Positions 38,550 through 51,930 are shown, counted from the first letter of the stretch. The stretch is 64,000 nucleotides of DNA from Octopus sinensis (GCF_006345805.1 NC_043000.1:151776001-151840000); one strand, 5' to 3'. Notes: a model not told the origin generated them from the sequence alone. Translations and numbers: made by a program.

Positions 38550-39300
38550 TTTATAGACTCAGAACCACATGGCACCTTGGGCAAATGTCTTCTATTATAG
38601 CTTCGGACCGACCAAAGCCTTGTGAGTGGGTTTGGTTGACGGAAACTGAAAGAAACCCGTTGTGTATCTGTGTGTGTGTGCGTATGTGTGCGTGTGTGTA
38701 CACGCTCGCGACGTGTATGTGTGACAGAGAGAGAAAGAGAGTCTTTGTGTCCACTTGACAACCGGTGCTGGTGTGTTTACGTCCCCGTAACTTAGCGGTT
38801 CGGCATAAAGCGCCCGATAGAATAAGTACAAGGCTACTCTTTTACTCTTTTACTTGTTTCAGTCATTTGACTGCGGCCATGCTGGAGTACCGCCTTTAGT
38901 CGAGCAAATCGACCCCAGGACTTATTCTTTGTATGTCCGGTACTTATTCTATCGAGCTCTTTTGCCGAACCGCTAAGTTACGGTGACGTAAACACACCAC
39001 TATCGGTTGTCAAGCGATGTTGGTGGTGGTGGTGGGTGGACACAAACACAGACAAACAAACATATACACATACATACATGCATATATACATATATACGAC
39101 GGGCTTCTTTCAGTTTCCGTCTACCAAATCCACCCACAAGGCTTTGGTCGGCCCGAAACTATAGTAGGAGACATTTGCCCAATGTGCCGCGCAGTGGGAA
39201 TGAACTCGGAACCATGTGGTTGGTAAGCAAGCTACTTACCACACAGCCACTCCTTATAAAATAAATGACTGGGGTCGATTAGTTCAACTCAAAATTCAAG
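38550..39300 (+). mobile_element. Family B SINE interrupted by an antisense family B copy
   Basis: Body runs to gatagaataagtacaaggc (38835) and resumes at ~39253 with ...ctggggtcgattagttcaact. Confidence 0.75.
38836..39252 (-). mobile_element. SINE family B (nested)
   Basis: Near-complete head to tail on the minus strand. Confidence 0.92.
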
Positions 39301-39559
39301 GCGGCCGCGATCTAACGACCGTAAAACGTAAGAGATAAGAACGGTTATACTAAAATTGGTGCAGGAGTGCATTGATGTTTACCCATTCGTTCTTATTTGA
39401 TTTTAAGTATATTATTTATTTCCTTTGAAGATTTTGTTTGTTTTGCTTCATACTTGACTAATTTTTTAGGCAGCTCAAATCTTGAATTTATTGTTTTCCC
39501 CTGAGAAATTTCTTGAGAGGGTTGTTTATGGCTAAGAATGTGTATGTGTCTATATAATG

Positions 39560-39574
39560 TGCACCTATCTATCT

Positions 39575-39643
<69 letters not shown>

Positions 39644-39680
39644 ACACACACATATATAAAATATGAATAATATATATATA

Positions 39681-39757
<77 letters not shown>

Positions 39758-39831
39758 TATATGTATATATATATAAATATGTATATATATATATATATAT
39801 ATAATATATATAATATATATATATATATATA

Positions 39832-39889
<58 letters not shown>

Positions 39890-39893
39890 TACT

Positions 39894-39958
<65 letters not shown>

Positions 39959-40035
39959 CTTATATATATATATGTGTGTGGTGTGTGTGTGTGTGTGTGT
40001 GTGTACACATATACACACATATATATATATATACA
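39560..40035. repeat. (CTAT)n and (TA)n microsatellite block
   Basis: Direct inspection. Confidence 0.95.
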
Positions 40036-40039
40036 TATA

Positions 40040-40230
40040 TGGGTACAGGATGTCACAACTGTAAGCAATATGAAATACGAAAACAAAAGAGTTGAGTACA
40101 TAAACAACGAGAGAAACAAATGGGAAAGGGGACAAGTACCATAAAGAACGACCCTTCATCAGTCGTCGGCTGTCCATCCATTCCTCGTTTCGAGTATTGA
40201 ACGACAATATGAGTCTTTGAAGGGCAGCCC
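40040..40230 (-). mobile_element. Probable PLE terminal remnant
   Basis: Abuts (TA)n; contains isolated CTGATGA and GAAAC half-motifs. Confidence 0.4.
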
Positions 40231-40394
40231 CACCCCAACACAGACACACACCAGTGGCTTGACAACGGATGTTGGTGTGTTTACGTTCTTCGACTAAAAA
40301 AAATCCTCGAAGGCATCGCTTCAGTATGGCTGCAGTCAAATGAATGAAACAAATAAAGGAATAAAAGAATGTGTGTGTGTGCGTGTGCATATGA

Positions 40395-40825
40395 ATACTC
40401 TTTACTCTTTTTATTCTTTTACTTGTTTTAGTCATTTGACAGTGGCCATGTTGGAGCACCGCCTTTAGTCGAACAAATCAACCCCAGGAATTATTCTTTG
40501 TAAGTCTAGTACTTATTCTATCGGTCTCTTTTACCGAACCGGTAGGTTACGGGGACGTAAAGACACCAGCATCGGTTGTCAAGCGATGTTGGGGGGACAA
40601 ACACAGACACACAAACACATACACACACACACACATACACATATACATATACATATATACGACGGGCTTCTTTCAGTTTCCGTCTACCCAATCCACTCAC
40701 AGGGCATTGGTCGGCCCGCGGCTATAGTAGAAGACACTTACCCAAGGTGCCACGCAGTGGGACTGAACCCGGAACCATTTGGTTTGTAAGCGAGCTACTT
40801 ACCACACAGTCACTCCTACGCCTAT
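40395..40825 (-). mobile_element. SINE family B
   Basis: Complete head to tail. Confidence 0.92.
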
Positions 40826-41097
40826 GTGTATGTATGAATATGAATATGTAAAAAATGGGATAATGGGAATGCTTAATAATCAATTTCACGAACTTCTAGC
40901 TTTAGTACATAGCATATGTTGATATGTAAGCACTCAATCTTACATGATCATAAGTTCATTCCGTTTATGTCTTTGATATAAGCCCCGCAAACGGAACTTC
41001 CATTGAACTCCACCTTTAGGATTAGTCTAGGCATATATATCTAGTATCAGCAACAATAGCGCTTGCAGCCCTACAAGTCGGCCACTCGTGAAGTTAC

Positions 41098-41330
41098 TGC
41101 CAGTTTTCTTTTATTCTTTTACTTGTTTCAGTCATTTGATTGCGACCATGCTGAAGCACCGCTTATTAGTAGAAGAAATCGACCTCAGGACTTCTTCTTT
41201 GAAAGCCTATTTCTTATTCTGTCGGTCGCTTTTGCCTCAACCGCTAAGTTACGGGGACGTAAACACACAACGTCGACTGTCAAGCGATAGTGGGGGAACA
41301 AACACACACACACACATACACACATAAATA
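41098..41330 (-). mobile_element. SINE family B 3' half
   Basis: Tail and post-microsatellite body only. Confidence 0.8.
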
Positions 41331-41809
41331 TATACATGTACATATATGATTGATTGATTCTAGTTTTAGCTCATGAGCTGTGGCCATGCTGGGGCACCGC
41401 CATTTATATATGTATATATAAATATTACATTTCTAAATCCATCAGAGAGATTGATACAGTAGCAGCACGATAAAGTGATGGCATTTTGTCGACTTAATGT
41501 GACAGTCCCATGAAAAGGAAGAATGCTACTGCTATTTAGCCCCCAGGAAACACCGTTTCCAGCTGGCCATGACACATTTTCTGTGTCCTTATGTTTTCAA
41601 AGGGGAGACAAGCACTTCCACTCAGCAAAGCCAGCATCCAGAGACTAGTTTCAGAGTCAATGCTCATCATCAGTCCGGAGTAGCATGGCTTGCTAGCCGA
41701 ATTTTTTTCATTAAGACAATAATGTCACATATAGATGATACAGCACAGGACAACACGCATAAAGGAAGTTAATGCGAGTGCGAATGAACCTTATTTAAAA
41801 ATTTTAATG

Positions 41810-42830
41810 AAAAGATAAATTTTATATTATATAGTCTTTCCCCCCTTTTGAGGAGGGGATTATGTCCGGTTGCCTAAAAGACCCAGCGGCTACCTCTTTC
41901 CATTTTTTCCCCTCCTAATGCACCCACCTTTCTTAACACAGCCTTCCATCTTTCTTCAAACACACTTCGCGGCAGGATTCTTTTTTCCAGCCCTATCTGA
42001 AGTATTGTAGCAAACTAGGGCCAGAGATGAAGGATCCCGTCACGAGTCCTTGCATTCTAGTCTTCTATACACATTCTTTCAGCACAGCAACTGTACAGAA
42101 AAAAAACATACCTCACCTTTCTTCCAGCTGGCGGTACAATCTTTATTATAGATCCAGCCGATAGCTGTACTCTTCCCAGATGCGACAACATGTGTTCGAC
42201 ATAAATCATCAAGCCTGACAGCTCCCGACAATATACGAAAGCGTAATGGATGGTTTCATCGTCCAGCCCACATCTCGGACATGTCGTTGGCACTGACATT
42301 CCGTACCTGGATAAATTATCGGGAACAGGTAAAACGTTTCTGTAGCACTGCCAGGTCAGGGAGTTTTGGTAATTACCCAAATACCCTGGCCCGAAAGTTT
42401 TCTGGAACAGTTTGGTAAATTGCTCTCATCGAACCCCAGAGTCCCTCCTAGGGCATTGTCGTTTTTATGCTCTACCAGCTCTCAATACAAAACCGAGGTG
42501 GTATTCCCACTGCCGGCCTTGCCCGTCTTGTGGATAAGCACGAGTGCCTGTCGACACTCCTTTTTCCATTCAGTCAAATTACGTCTTTTAATGAAACCGG
42601 GTTTAAATCGCTCCAAAGAAGCTAGTCGTACATGACTGCAGCCGCTATCGTATACGACGTAGAAGAAGACATTTCGATTTTGCAAATGAAGAAAAAGGAA
42701 GCAGTGAACTGGCGAGGTTTTAATCGATTTTCTTGGTAAGTATGGGGGCTAGGAAAAAATACAAACTGCATTCCAATGTATGCACCTGACTCCACGTGTG
42801 CCATTTTTCACTTGAATCCACCCAACCGTT
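41810..42830 (-). mobile_element. L1/Tx1-type LINE 3' fragment
   Basis: NSLTWQCYRNVLPV...CPRCGLDDETIHYAFVYC resembles the C-terminal CCHC (zf-RVT) region; frameshifted. Confidence 0.75.
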
Positions 42831-43659
42831 TGGCTGTGAACCTCAAGACAAGAAAGAATACAACGATCGCCCATGTCCAATTTATATTATAGATATATGC
42901 GACGGGCTTCTTTCAGTTTCCATGTGCTTGTGAAGCAAGCTTCCTACCACACAGCCACGCCTGTGCCTACGTATATTATTTATACACCCAGGATTTAAAT
43001 ATGAGCCCCCATTAGTTTCATGCTCGGATAGTGCTGTAATCGAACGAGCTTGTATATTTTGCGTGTACTCTCCTGCACGCTGTTCTATCTTCTGCCTAAA
43101 AAGAAGACATTAAACAACAGTAATTCTCTATTTGTATCAATAAAATGATGTATTATACAGCAATAGATCGAGTCAAAAATCAATCCACTCTTCTGGAGCC
43201 TTAGTACCGCTGATTCTTAGTGATTTACCTGATCGTGTCGAGTCAAAGCTTCAATTGATCTTTTCTCAGACTTCAGTTGGAATTCACAAGTTTTCGCAAT
43301 TCTAGCTTTTAATATAACGTGTCTTCTCACTCCCGAACTTGTTTTGTCACCTTTCTATTTTGATATCGATATGTGCAGCTTTTCTAATATCGTTTCAATG
43401 AAGATAGTAATAATTTTTACCGTTCGTGTATTCAAATATGGCTTCTAAAATCCAATTGAAAGAAAACTTAAGTTTGCTCGTGACATTAAAGAAGAATTTT
43501 TCTTTTTGGTGAATGGAATGAATATATAGACACTGATTATCACTTCATGTTCCATGGATTTCAACAGCAGGAAACAATTTGAGCAATAATAAAATTGCTA
43601 CTCAGCGACATCTTATTTCAAACTACCATACAAAGTGCTTTGCTGTCGAAGTATATGTC

Positions 43660-44988
43660 CGAGATGCATTCCAGATGTCCTGAGACTTTCTTAAGGAGCG
43701 GCACTTATAATTGTCCTAGATTACTGTAATTTTAGTACGATTTTCGTATATCATTACTATAAAACTAATAAGCAGTCCTGCCAACTTTCGTTATTCTAGA
43801 TTGAAGGAATTAACTGTTATAGCACTTTGAACACACCCTACTAAACATTGCTTATCACAGTTGGCTAATTTGCAGAAAGAAGTCGGGACATAAAGACAGT
43901 TTGGAAGCTCGCTAAGCAATAAAGTTTTGTGTTAAACAGGGGGGGAAATGCTACAGAAATTTATGAAATGCTCCAGGCTGCTTATGGATTTACTTATATG
44001 AGCCGAGCATCTTTTCCTCGATGGCACAAGAGGTCAGGCAAAGCAAATTTACAGTAAGGGCATCATCTGTATCCCTCTGGTCAAACAGCCAACAAAGAGT
44101 ACCGTAAATCCTCGAGTATAGTCCGCCCTTGAGTATAATACGCAGGGGATTTTTAGGGGCTGTACCTCTGAAAAACCTAAACCTTGAGTATAATACACAC
44201 CCCTTCTCTAGCTATATAACGTTCTTGGTTTGTAAAAATGTATACGGTAACGTCCTTTATTATTATTGTATATATAACATAATGCAAATGTGTAGCTTTT
44301 TGGTGCATTTTGTTTGCAGAAAATAAGGAAATAACAGTAATAATGTTTAATAAATGTTGCTTACTGCAAGTTATGGATGATTCTTTTATGACTTCATTGC
44401 TTTCAGGCTTAGCTTAAGGTATTTTCGCACCCGACATCACAAAATGCGTCTGAATAAATATTGCCGGACAGCAAATAGAGACTCGGACATTGCTTAGAAA
44501 ATATCTTTCATTTTTAACCTCGTATATAGTACGCACTAGGGATTTTGACCTTTAAATTTTGGGGGAAAATGTGGATTATACTCGAGGATTTACAGTACCT
44601 TGTGGAGATTTTGAGGGAGTTCAGGAAGAGATTTCGTCGCAAAAGGACAACTCACCTGCACCAGAAAAATGCATCAGTTCATAATTCCATCCTGGTAACT
44701 AACTTTTTGACAAAGTCGAGCATAAAAACTGTGCCTTGCCCTCCCTACAGACCAGAACTCGCCCCTTGTGACTTTTGATTGTTCCCCAAGCTGAAATAAG
44801 ACGAAAGAGGCTGTGACAAGGGTCCTGACATCCTCACATTGGAGGACTTCCATGGGCCTTCACGAAATAACTGGAACGTTACACCAAATGTATTGAAGTC
44901 AGAGGATCATATTTTGCAGCTTTGTACTTCTTTGAAATTAATAAATGTCTCTCCTGAAAATGTCTCAAAACTTGTGGAATGCACCTTG
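43660..44988 (+). mobile_element. Mariner transposon relic
   Basis: Degenerate TIRs (cgagatgcattcc / ggaatgcaccttg), N-terminal NATEIYEMLQAAYG, and PPYRPELAPCDF (YSPDLAP-like) motif. Confidence 0.85.
44102..44595. mobile_element. pogo/Tc2-like MITE nested in the mariner relic
   Basis: TIR C(C/T)GTAAATCCTCGAGTATA, TA TSD; removing it restores NKEY-LVEIL. Confidence 0.88.
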
Positions 44989-45123
44989 TAAAAATGGAAG
45001 GTATATGCACATGCACATATATAAATGCATATATGCATATATATGTGTGTATATATATGTATATGTATGTGCATATATATGGCTATATGTGTATATATAT
45101 GTGTGTGTGAGTGTATGTATGGC

Positions 45124-45167
<44 letters not shown>

Positions 45168-45300
45168 TATATATTAAATTAGAGACAAAACCACTATTAG
45201 GCAAATCATACAATGAAAAACTTAAGCCAATACATAAGATTATTTAATTTATATTATTTAAATATATAACAAAATTATTAAAAAAATATAATTAATATCA

Positions 45301-45364
45301 CACTACGATCGTTTCATGGTTGTTAATTTCTTTAAAATTCCGAGTTACAGTCATTCATCAGGTG
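45301..45364 (-). ncRNA. Minimal type I hammerhead ribozyme motif
   Basis: cac CUGAUGA aug...cau GAAA C gauc G UA gug on the minus strand. Confidence 0.75.
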
Positions 45365-45410
45365 GTTTAAATATTTAACTTGGCGAGGTTTAAACAATGA
45401 ATATTTAAAC

Positions 45411-45474
45411 CACCTGATGAATGACTGTGACTCGGAATTTTAAAGAAATTAACAACCATGAAACGATCGTAGTG
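45411..45474 (+). ncRNA. Minimal type I hammerhead ribozyme motif
   Basis: cac CUGAUGA (45414-45420), stem II aug/cau extended by ugu/aca and aauuu/aaauu, GAAA (45460-45463), stem III C-G with palindromic GAUC loop, GUA cleavage triplet, 3-bp stem I. Confidence 0.75.
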
Positions 45475-45685
45475 TGATATTAATTATATTTTTTTAATAA
45501 TTTTGTATATATTTAAATAATATAATTAAATAATCTTATGTATTGGCTTAAGTTTTTCATTGTATGATTTGCCTAATAGTGGTTTTGTCTCTAATTTAAT
45601 ATAATATAATATTTTACTATAAAATTGATTCAATCCTAAATCTGATTTTTCCCTGTAAGTTTGGATTTATTGCCTAATATTTATT

Positions 45686-45731
<46 letters not shown>

Positions 45732-46150
45732 CATATATATACACATATAGTCATATATATGCACATACATATACATATATACACACATATACATGCATAT
45801 ATATATATACATGCATATATATATGCATGTATATGTGTGTATATATGTATATGTATGTGCATATATATGACTATATGTGTATATGTACAAATTCGCACAC
45901 CATTCGCACACACACACGCACATATATATATACACACATCTATATATATATACACACATATATTAAGGCATAGATATACACATATTTACATACACGCACG
46001 AGAACTCACATACACACACACACACATGTCTACACATGTTTGTGCACAAGCTAATGCCTTTTAAAATCTATTTTACTCTGAATTGAAAGAATCATTCAGT
46101 TTTTCCTAATATATATGTATGCCTCCAAGCACGAAGATATGTTAATAAGT

Positions 46151-46203
<53 letters not shown>

Positions 46204-46218
46204 CACACACACACAGAC

Positions 46219-46253
<35 letters not shown>

Positions 46254-46262
46254 CAGACAGAG

Positions 46263-46313
<51 letters not shown>

Positions 46314-46924
46314 CAGACAGACAAGCAGATAAACAAATATATAAGTTTCTTTATTGGCCGCACAGGGCTGCACACAGATGGGACAAATTACAAGGTAGAG
46401 CTTTTCTTTTGGGGAATGAAAAAAAAGAAAAAAAATGTGGCGTAGGTTTTCGATCAAAAGGGATCGTAAAAGGGAAAAAAGAAAAAAAGAAAGAAAGGAA
46501 AAGAAACAAAAGAAAAGAAAAAAGAAACAGATATATAGATAGATAAATAGTTTTATGCATAAATACATAAATACACACACATACACACACACACGTACAC
46601 ACACACACACACACACACATACACACACACACAAACACACACAACTCATTTCAAATTGCTTATCTATTATAAACTTCTAACATGAATTAATTTGTCATAA
46701 AAGATTCATTCTTTCGCACAGCAACAGAACCAAGCTCTTCGGACCATTCCACCCACCTTCGAAATTACCAATCTTCTAGTTCCTTCGGGAAGTTAAATCA
46801 GAGGAATACATCCCTTTATGTCTATTGATACTCGTAATAAAGATCTAAAACCAAATATTACATGTCCTCTCCACATCACATCTGTTCGTTTCAGTTTATT
46901 TTTATTTTTCATCGTCTTAAATCC

Positions 46925-47210
46925 TTAAGTCCTTAAAAATGTTTCAGCCCGAAAGCTGCGGCCATGCTGGGGCACCGCTGTTGAATGAGCTACACAAGTA
47001 TGTAAACCCACCTCTGATACGTGGCACTTGGTCAACAAGGGAGTTCGACGCCGCTGCCCGCATCTGTGTTTCCTGCCGAGAGGTAGGTTCATCTGGAACC
47101 TTCGACAAGAAGAGATCCAGTTTAGTTTTAAAGAAACCCACATCAATACCATGCAGGTCTCTCAGGCATTTAGGAAGGATGTTGAAGAGCTGTGGTCCCC
47201 TGAAACCCAA
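46925..47210 (-). mobile_element. CR1-type LINE 3' end, same family as 9525-11728, with intact terminus
   Basis: GFRGPQLFNILPKCLRDLHG...MRAAASNS closely matches the 11.6-kb copy; ends gcggtgccccagcatggccgcagctttcgggctgaaaca + (TTAAGGA)-like tail. Confidence 0.92.
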
Positions 47211-47214
47211 GCTG

Positions 47215-47575
<361 letters not shown>

Positions 47576-48251
47576 ATAGCCATCTGTGTATCATTCTTAA
47601 TGTAATTACATCACGTATGGCAAATTTACTCCGGCATTCGTCCAAAAAAATTCTTCCCTTGAAGGGTTAAATAAGATAATAGATGCTTCATGTGACTATG
47701 ACACCGACGACTGTGTCATTCCATTTTCTGACATAGGAAGCCAATCCCGGACCCCTCTGGCCATAGGGCAAGAATGAAAAACAATTCTAAGAGGTGGGCG
47801 CCTGAGTTTGAATTATTTTTTAAACATACAGTTTATATAGCATATGGGCTGTAGTTGCTTATTTGCATTTCATCTTGTATGTTTTGCTTGCATCTGCTGT
47901 AAGTTATTTTACAAACTTTTCTCTCTGTTGGCCTCGGTTTTTCTTTTTCTTTTTCTCTGTTGTCAACTCTTTTTCCTTTTCTTTTTCATTCTGTCTCTCA
48001 CTCTTTCACACTCTCTCTCTCTATTTCTCTCTCTCTCCTCGCTTAAGCTAATCTATTTTAATGCCTTTGCAGGAGATTTGACATATATATACATTCAACT
48101 TTTGAAAAGTTCCATGTGTGATGAGATGAACCGAAACATGTAACACATAACACACGCAGTTTCACAAATATGAGTGTGTATAAGTGTCTATGTAAGTATG
48201 TGCATGCGTGCGTGCGTGCATCTGTGTGCATGCAAACACACAGGCACACAT

Positions 48252-48288
<37 letters not shown>

Positions 48289-48289
48289 A

Positions 48290-48835
48290 TGTATGAATGT
48301 ATGTATAAATGCATGTATGTGTGTATGTATGTATGTATGTATGTATGTATGTGTGTGTGTATGTATGCATGTGTGTATGTATTATGTGTGTATGTATGTA
48401 TGTTTGTATGTATGCATGTATGTATGTATGTATGAATGTGTGTATGTATGTATGTATGTATGTATGTATGTATGTATGTGTGTATGTATGTATGTGTGTA
48501 TGTATGTTTGTTTGTATGTATGTATGTGTGTATGTATGTATGTATGTATGTTTGTATGTATGTATGTTTGCATGTATGTATGTATGTATGTATGTATGTA
48601 TGTATGTTTGTATGTATGTATGTACGCACGTACGTACGTATGTATGTATGTATGTATGTATGTATGTATGTATGTATGTATGTATGTATGTATGTATGTT
48701 TGTATGTATGTATGTACGCACGTACGTATGTATGTATGTATGTATGTATGTATGTATGTATGTATGTATGTATTATGTATGTTTGTATGTATGTATGTAT
48801 GTATGTTTGTATGTATGTATGTATGTATATATGTA
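48290..48835. repeat. (TATG)n satellite
   Basis: Direct inspection. Confidence 0.95.
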
Positions 48836-49159
48836 TGAAAGCATATTACGCAAGCAGAACCAACTGATAATAAATCAAAATATAATACGTATATGGGCAA
48901 AACCTAACACTTCTCTGAGATGAGACGTGCATCAAATAATACACACGTATTCCCTTCGTCAGCAGGAATTCTTAAATAGATATTTGCTCGACGTAGTTTC
49001 GTTCGTAAGCACGTGGCTGACATGAAGCAGAACGCGAAGAATAATAAACATGTAAATTGCCAAATTAATCTCTCTGGTTTTGGAATGCTGAAGACTTAAG
49101 AGCTCAAAAATTTTAGGCAATAAAATTTCAGTTGTAAAAATGGAGATATATCTCTCTTT

Positions 49160-49381
49160 CTCTCTTTTCACTTTTACTTGTTTCAGTCATGTGACTGCGG
49201 CCATGCTGGAGCACCGCATTTAGTCGAGCACATCGACCCCCCAGGACTTGTTCTTTGTAAGCCTAGTACTTATTCTATCGGCCCCTTTTGCCGGACCGCT
49301 AGGTTACGGGGACGTAAACACACAAGCATCGGTTGTCAAGCGATGGGAGGGGGGCAAACAGACACACAAACATATACACAC

Positions 49382-49422
<41 letters not shown>

Positions 49423-49585
49423 CGACGGGCTTCTTTCAGTTTCCGTCTACCAAATCCACTCACAAGGCTTTGGTTGGCCCGAGGCTATAGTAGAAGACAC
49501 TTGCCCAAGGTGCCACGCAGTGGGACTGAACCCGGAACCATGTAGTTCGTAAGCAAGTTACTTACCACACAGCCACTCCTACGCC
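49160..49585 (-). mobile_element. SINE family B
   Basis: Complete head to tail. Confidence 0.92.
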
Positions 49586-49907
49586 TATAAATATCTATAA
49601 ATATTTGTCAAAACCATCGACAATCTATATCTTCAAAATAATCATCGTTGCTGATGGAGCAATCACAAAATATTTATGATCCTTTATCTTTATTTTTTTT
49701 TACTTGTTTTAGTCACTAGATAGACTACGGCCACGCTGGAGCACTGCTTTGAAGAATTCTTCAGTCGAACGAATCGACCGCAGTACTTACTTTTTCAGCC
49801 TAGTAATTATTCTATCAGTTTCCTTTTGCCGAACCGCTAATTTACGGGAATGTAAACACATCCTACTGGTTGTCAAGCAGTGTTGAGGGGACAAATAAAG
49901 ACATAAT

Positions 49908-49944
<37 letters not shown>

Positions 49945-50215
49945 TATATATTATATATATATATATATGCATACATGTATGCATGTATGCATGACAGTTT
50001 GTGCCATTCCATGGGCTCCTAAGGAGCGTTTTGTTCGAATTGCTTGCTGCGCATTTGTTTGGAGATTTAAATTCCTGGATTTTCCTGAAGAGAAAGCTGC
50101 AAAATGGTCTCCTTATTCAATCCGAATTTGTAAATTTGCGGCCTTTGAAACATGTGTAGAAAATAATAAAAGGAATTCTGTAGAATCTTCGTTTAGCTCC
50201 ATTTCTTCCCTTCAC

Positions 50216-50258
<43 letters not shown>

Positions 50259-50267
50259 TATATATAT

Positions 50268-50299
<32 letters not shown>

Positions 50300-50354
50300 C
50301 GAGTGAGTGGACAAACGAAAGAAAGGCACTCAACAATTTATTGGTAGTTACATG

Positions 50355-50670
50355 TATGGATCAGAACAGTTTGATTCAAATTCGTTGGTACTCTTGAGTT
50401 TCAAGTGTGATGCTAGTCTTCAATCATTTTGAACCTGAATGACAGAAGTTGATTGCTATTACCGTAAGGTGGGGTGCGTTTGGTTGAAGAAGGTCACGAG
50501 GTATCGAGGTTTGATGGTGGTATAGCGGTAACAGTTAGTTGGAAAATACCGCATGGTGAACAGGAAATGACAATCAACTTCTGTCCTTCAAATTCAAAAT
50601 AGCTGAAAACTAGCATCACGCTTGAAACTCAAGAGTACCAACAATTTGAATTAAACTGTTTCGATCCATA
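50355..50670. repeat. Inverted repeat of decayed PLE-type termini (~100-bp arms, ~115-bp spacer)
   Basis: Arms 50355-50455 and 50571-50670, about 12 differences; decayed hammerhead-like core. Confidence 0.88.
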
Positions 50671-50683
50671 TATATGTGTGTGT

Positions 50684-50730
<47 letters not shown>

Positions 50731-50737
50731 ATATATA

Positions 50738-50898
50738 TGTACGACGGATTTTTTGTTTCCGTCTACAAATCCACTCACAAACCTTTGGTCGATCCGAATC
50801 TATAGTAGAAGACACTTGCCCAAGTTGTCACACAGTGCGACTGAACCTGAAACCACGTGGTTGGGAAGAAAGCTACTTACCACACGGCCACGCCTGCG
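50738..50898 (-). mobile_element. SINE family B 5' half
   Basis: Head and body up to the internal microsatellite. Confidence 0.8.
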
Positions 50899-51419
50899 CC
50901 TACTGCCAGCAGTCTAAGCATTCGGTTGTTTTAATTTTGGCCATCTAACTATAAACTTTCCAAAACTATTTTATTCGTCTAAGAATATTATTTACTTTGT
51001 CTTTTCGCCGTGGTGTAGTGGTGCTTTTCGTAGGTGGTGATCTAAATTGTCTGGCAGTAATTAGTAATATATTGTCGTGCGTTTTAGTGTATTTAATAAC
51101 CAATAGCATATAAACAACCGGATATGATACTCGATTTTGTTTGGATTTCATTGGGAGTTCTTTGTTTTTGTTAAAAATTTAAATGGGCGACGAGGAATGA
51201 AAATGCAACGAAGATGTTGACACTGGATATCCCTTGTTTTGAGAAGGATGTACTACAGCTCAAAACTGTGATCACATCTGTTACTAATGAGATGCCAATA
51301 TAAAAATCAAACCTGCTCAGCTGATCCTACTTTCTTGCTTAGCTAAGAGATTGTGAAACTGTCAGTTGCTTACAAATATCGTGTGTATTTCATTCAGTTT
51401 AATTTACAGTACAGGGCTG

Positions 51420-51930
51420 ATTAAAATGTTAGAATTAATCTATAGCATCTTTTAGGATAGATATTTACACTATATATATTTGCGTATATGTATATGTATA
51501 TGTATATATATATATATATAATATATATATATATATACACATATTTTTATGTATATATATGTATATATGTATATATATATATGTATATATATGTATATAT
51601 ATATATATATATATTAAAATATTAGAATTAATCTATAGCATCTTTTAGGATAGATATTTATACTATATATATATTTACGTATATGTATATGTATATATAT
51701 ATATACACATATTTTTATGTATATATATGTATATATGTATATATGTATATATATATATATATGTATATATATGCATATATATATATATATATATATATAT
51801 CCTAAAAGATGCTATAGATTATATATGCTATATACATATATATATGTATGTATGTATGTATGTGTGTATATAGCATATATAATCTATAGCATCTTTTAGG
51901 ATAGATGTTTATACTATATATATACGTATA
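51420..51930. repeat. Local direct and inverted duplications within (TA)n
   Basis: atctatagcatcttttagga three times forward and once reversed; 35-bp perfect hairpin arms 51801-51835 and 51866-51900. Confidence 0.9.

Larger units (their letters stand above)
45170..45603. repeat. Near-perfect inverted repeat of PLE-type termini (206/204-bp arms, 24-bp spacer)
   Basis: Arms 45170-45375 and 45400-45603 differ by one substitution and two 1-nt indels by eye. Confidence 0.95.

Noticed and set aside
40140-40205. Possible type II hammerhead (GAAAC upstream of CTGATGA on the minus strand); similar case at ~48955-49010
   Set aside because: Stems I and II do not pair; best read as broken PLE terminal remnants.
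48162-48923. MYVC/HTYI repeat ORFs of 140-220 aa
   Set aside because: Translation of (TATG)n satellite.
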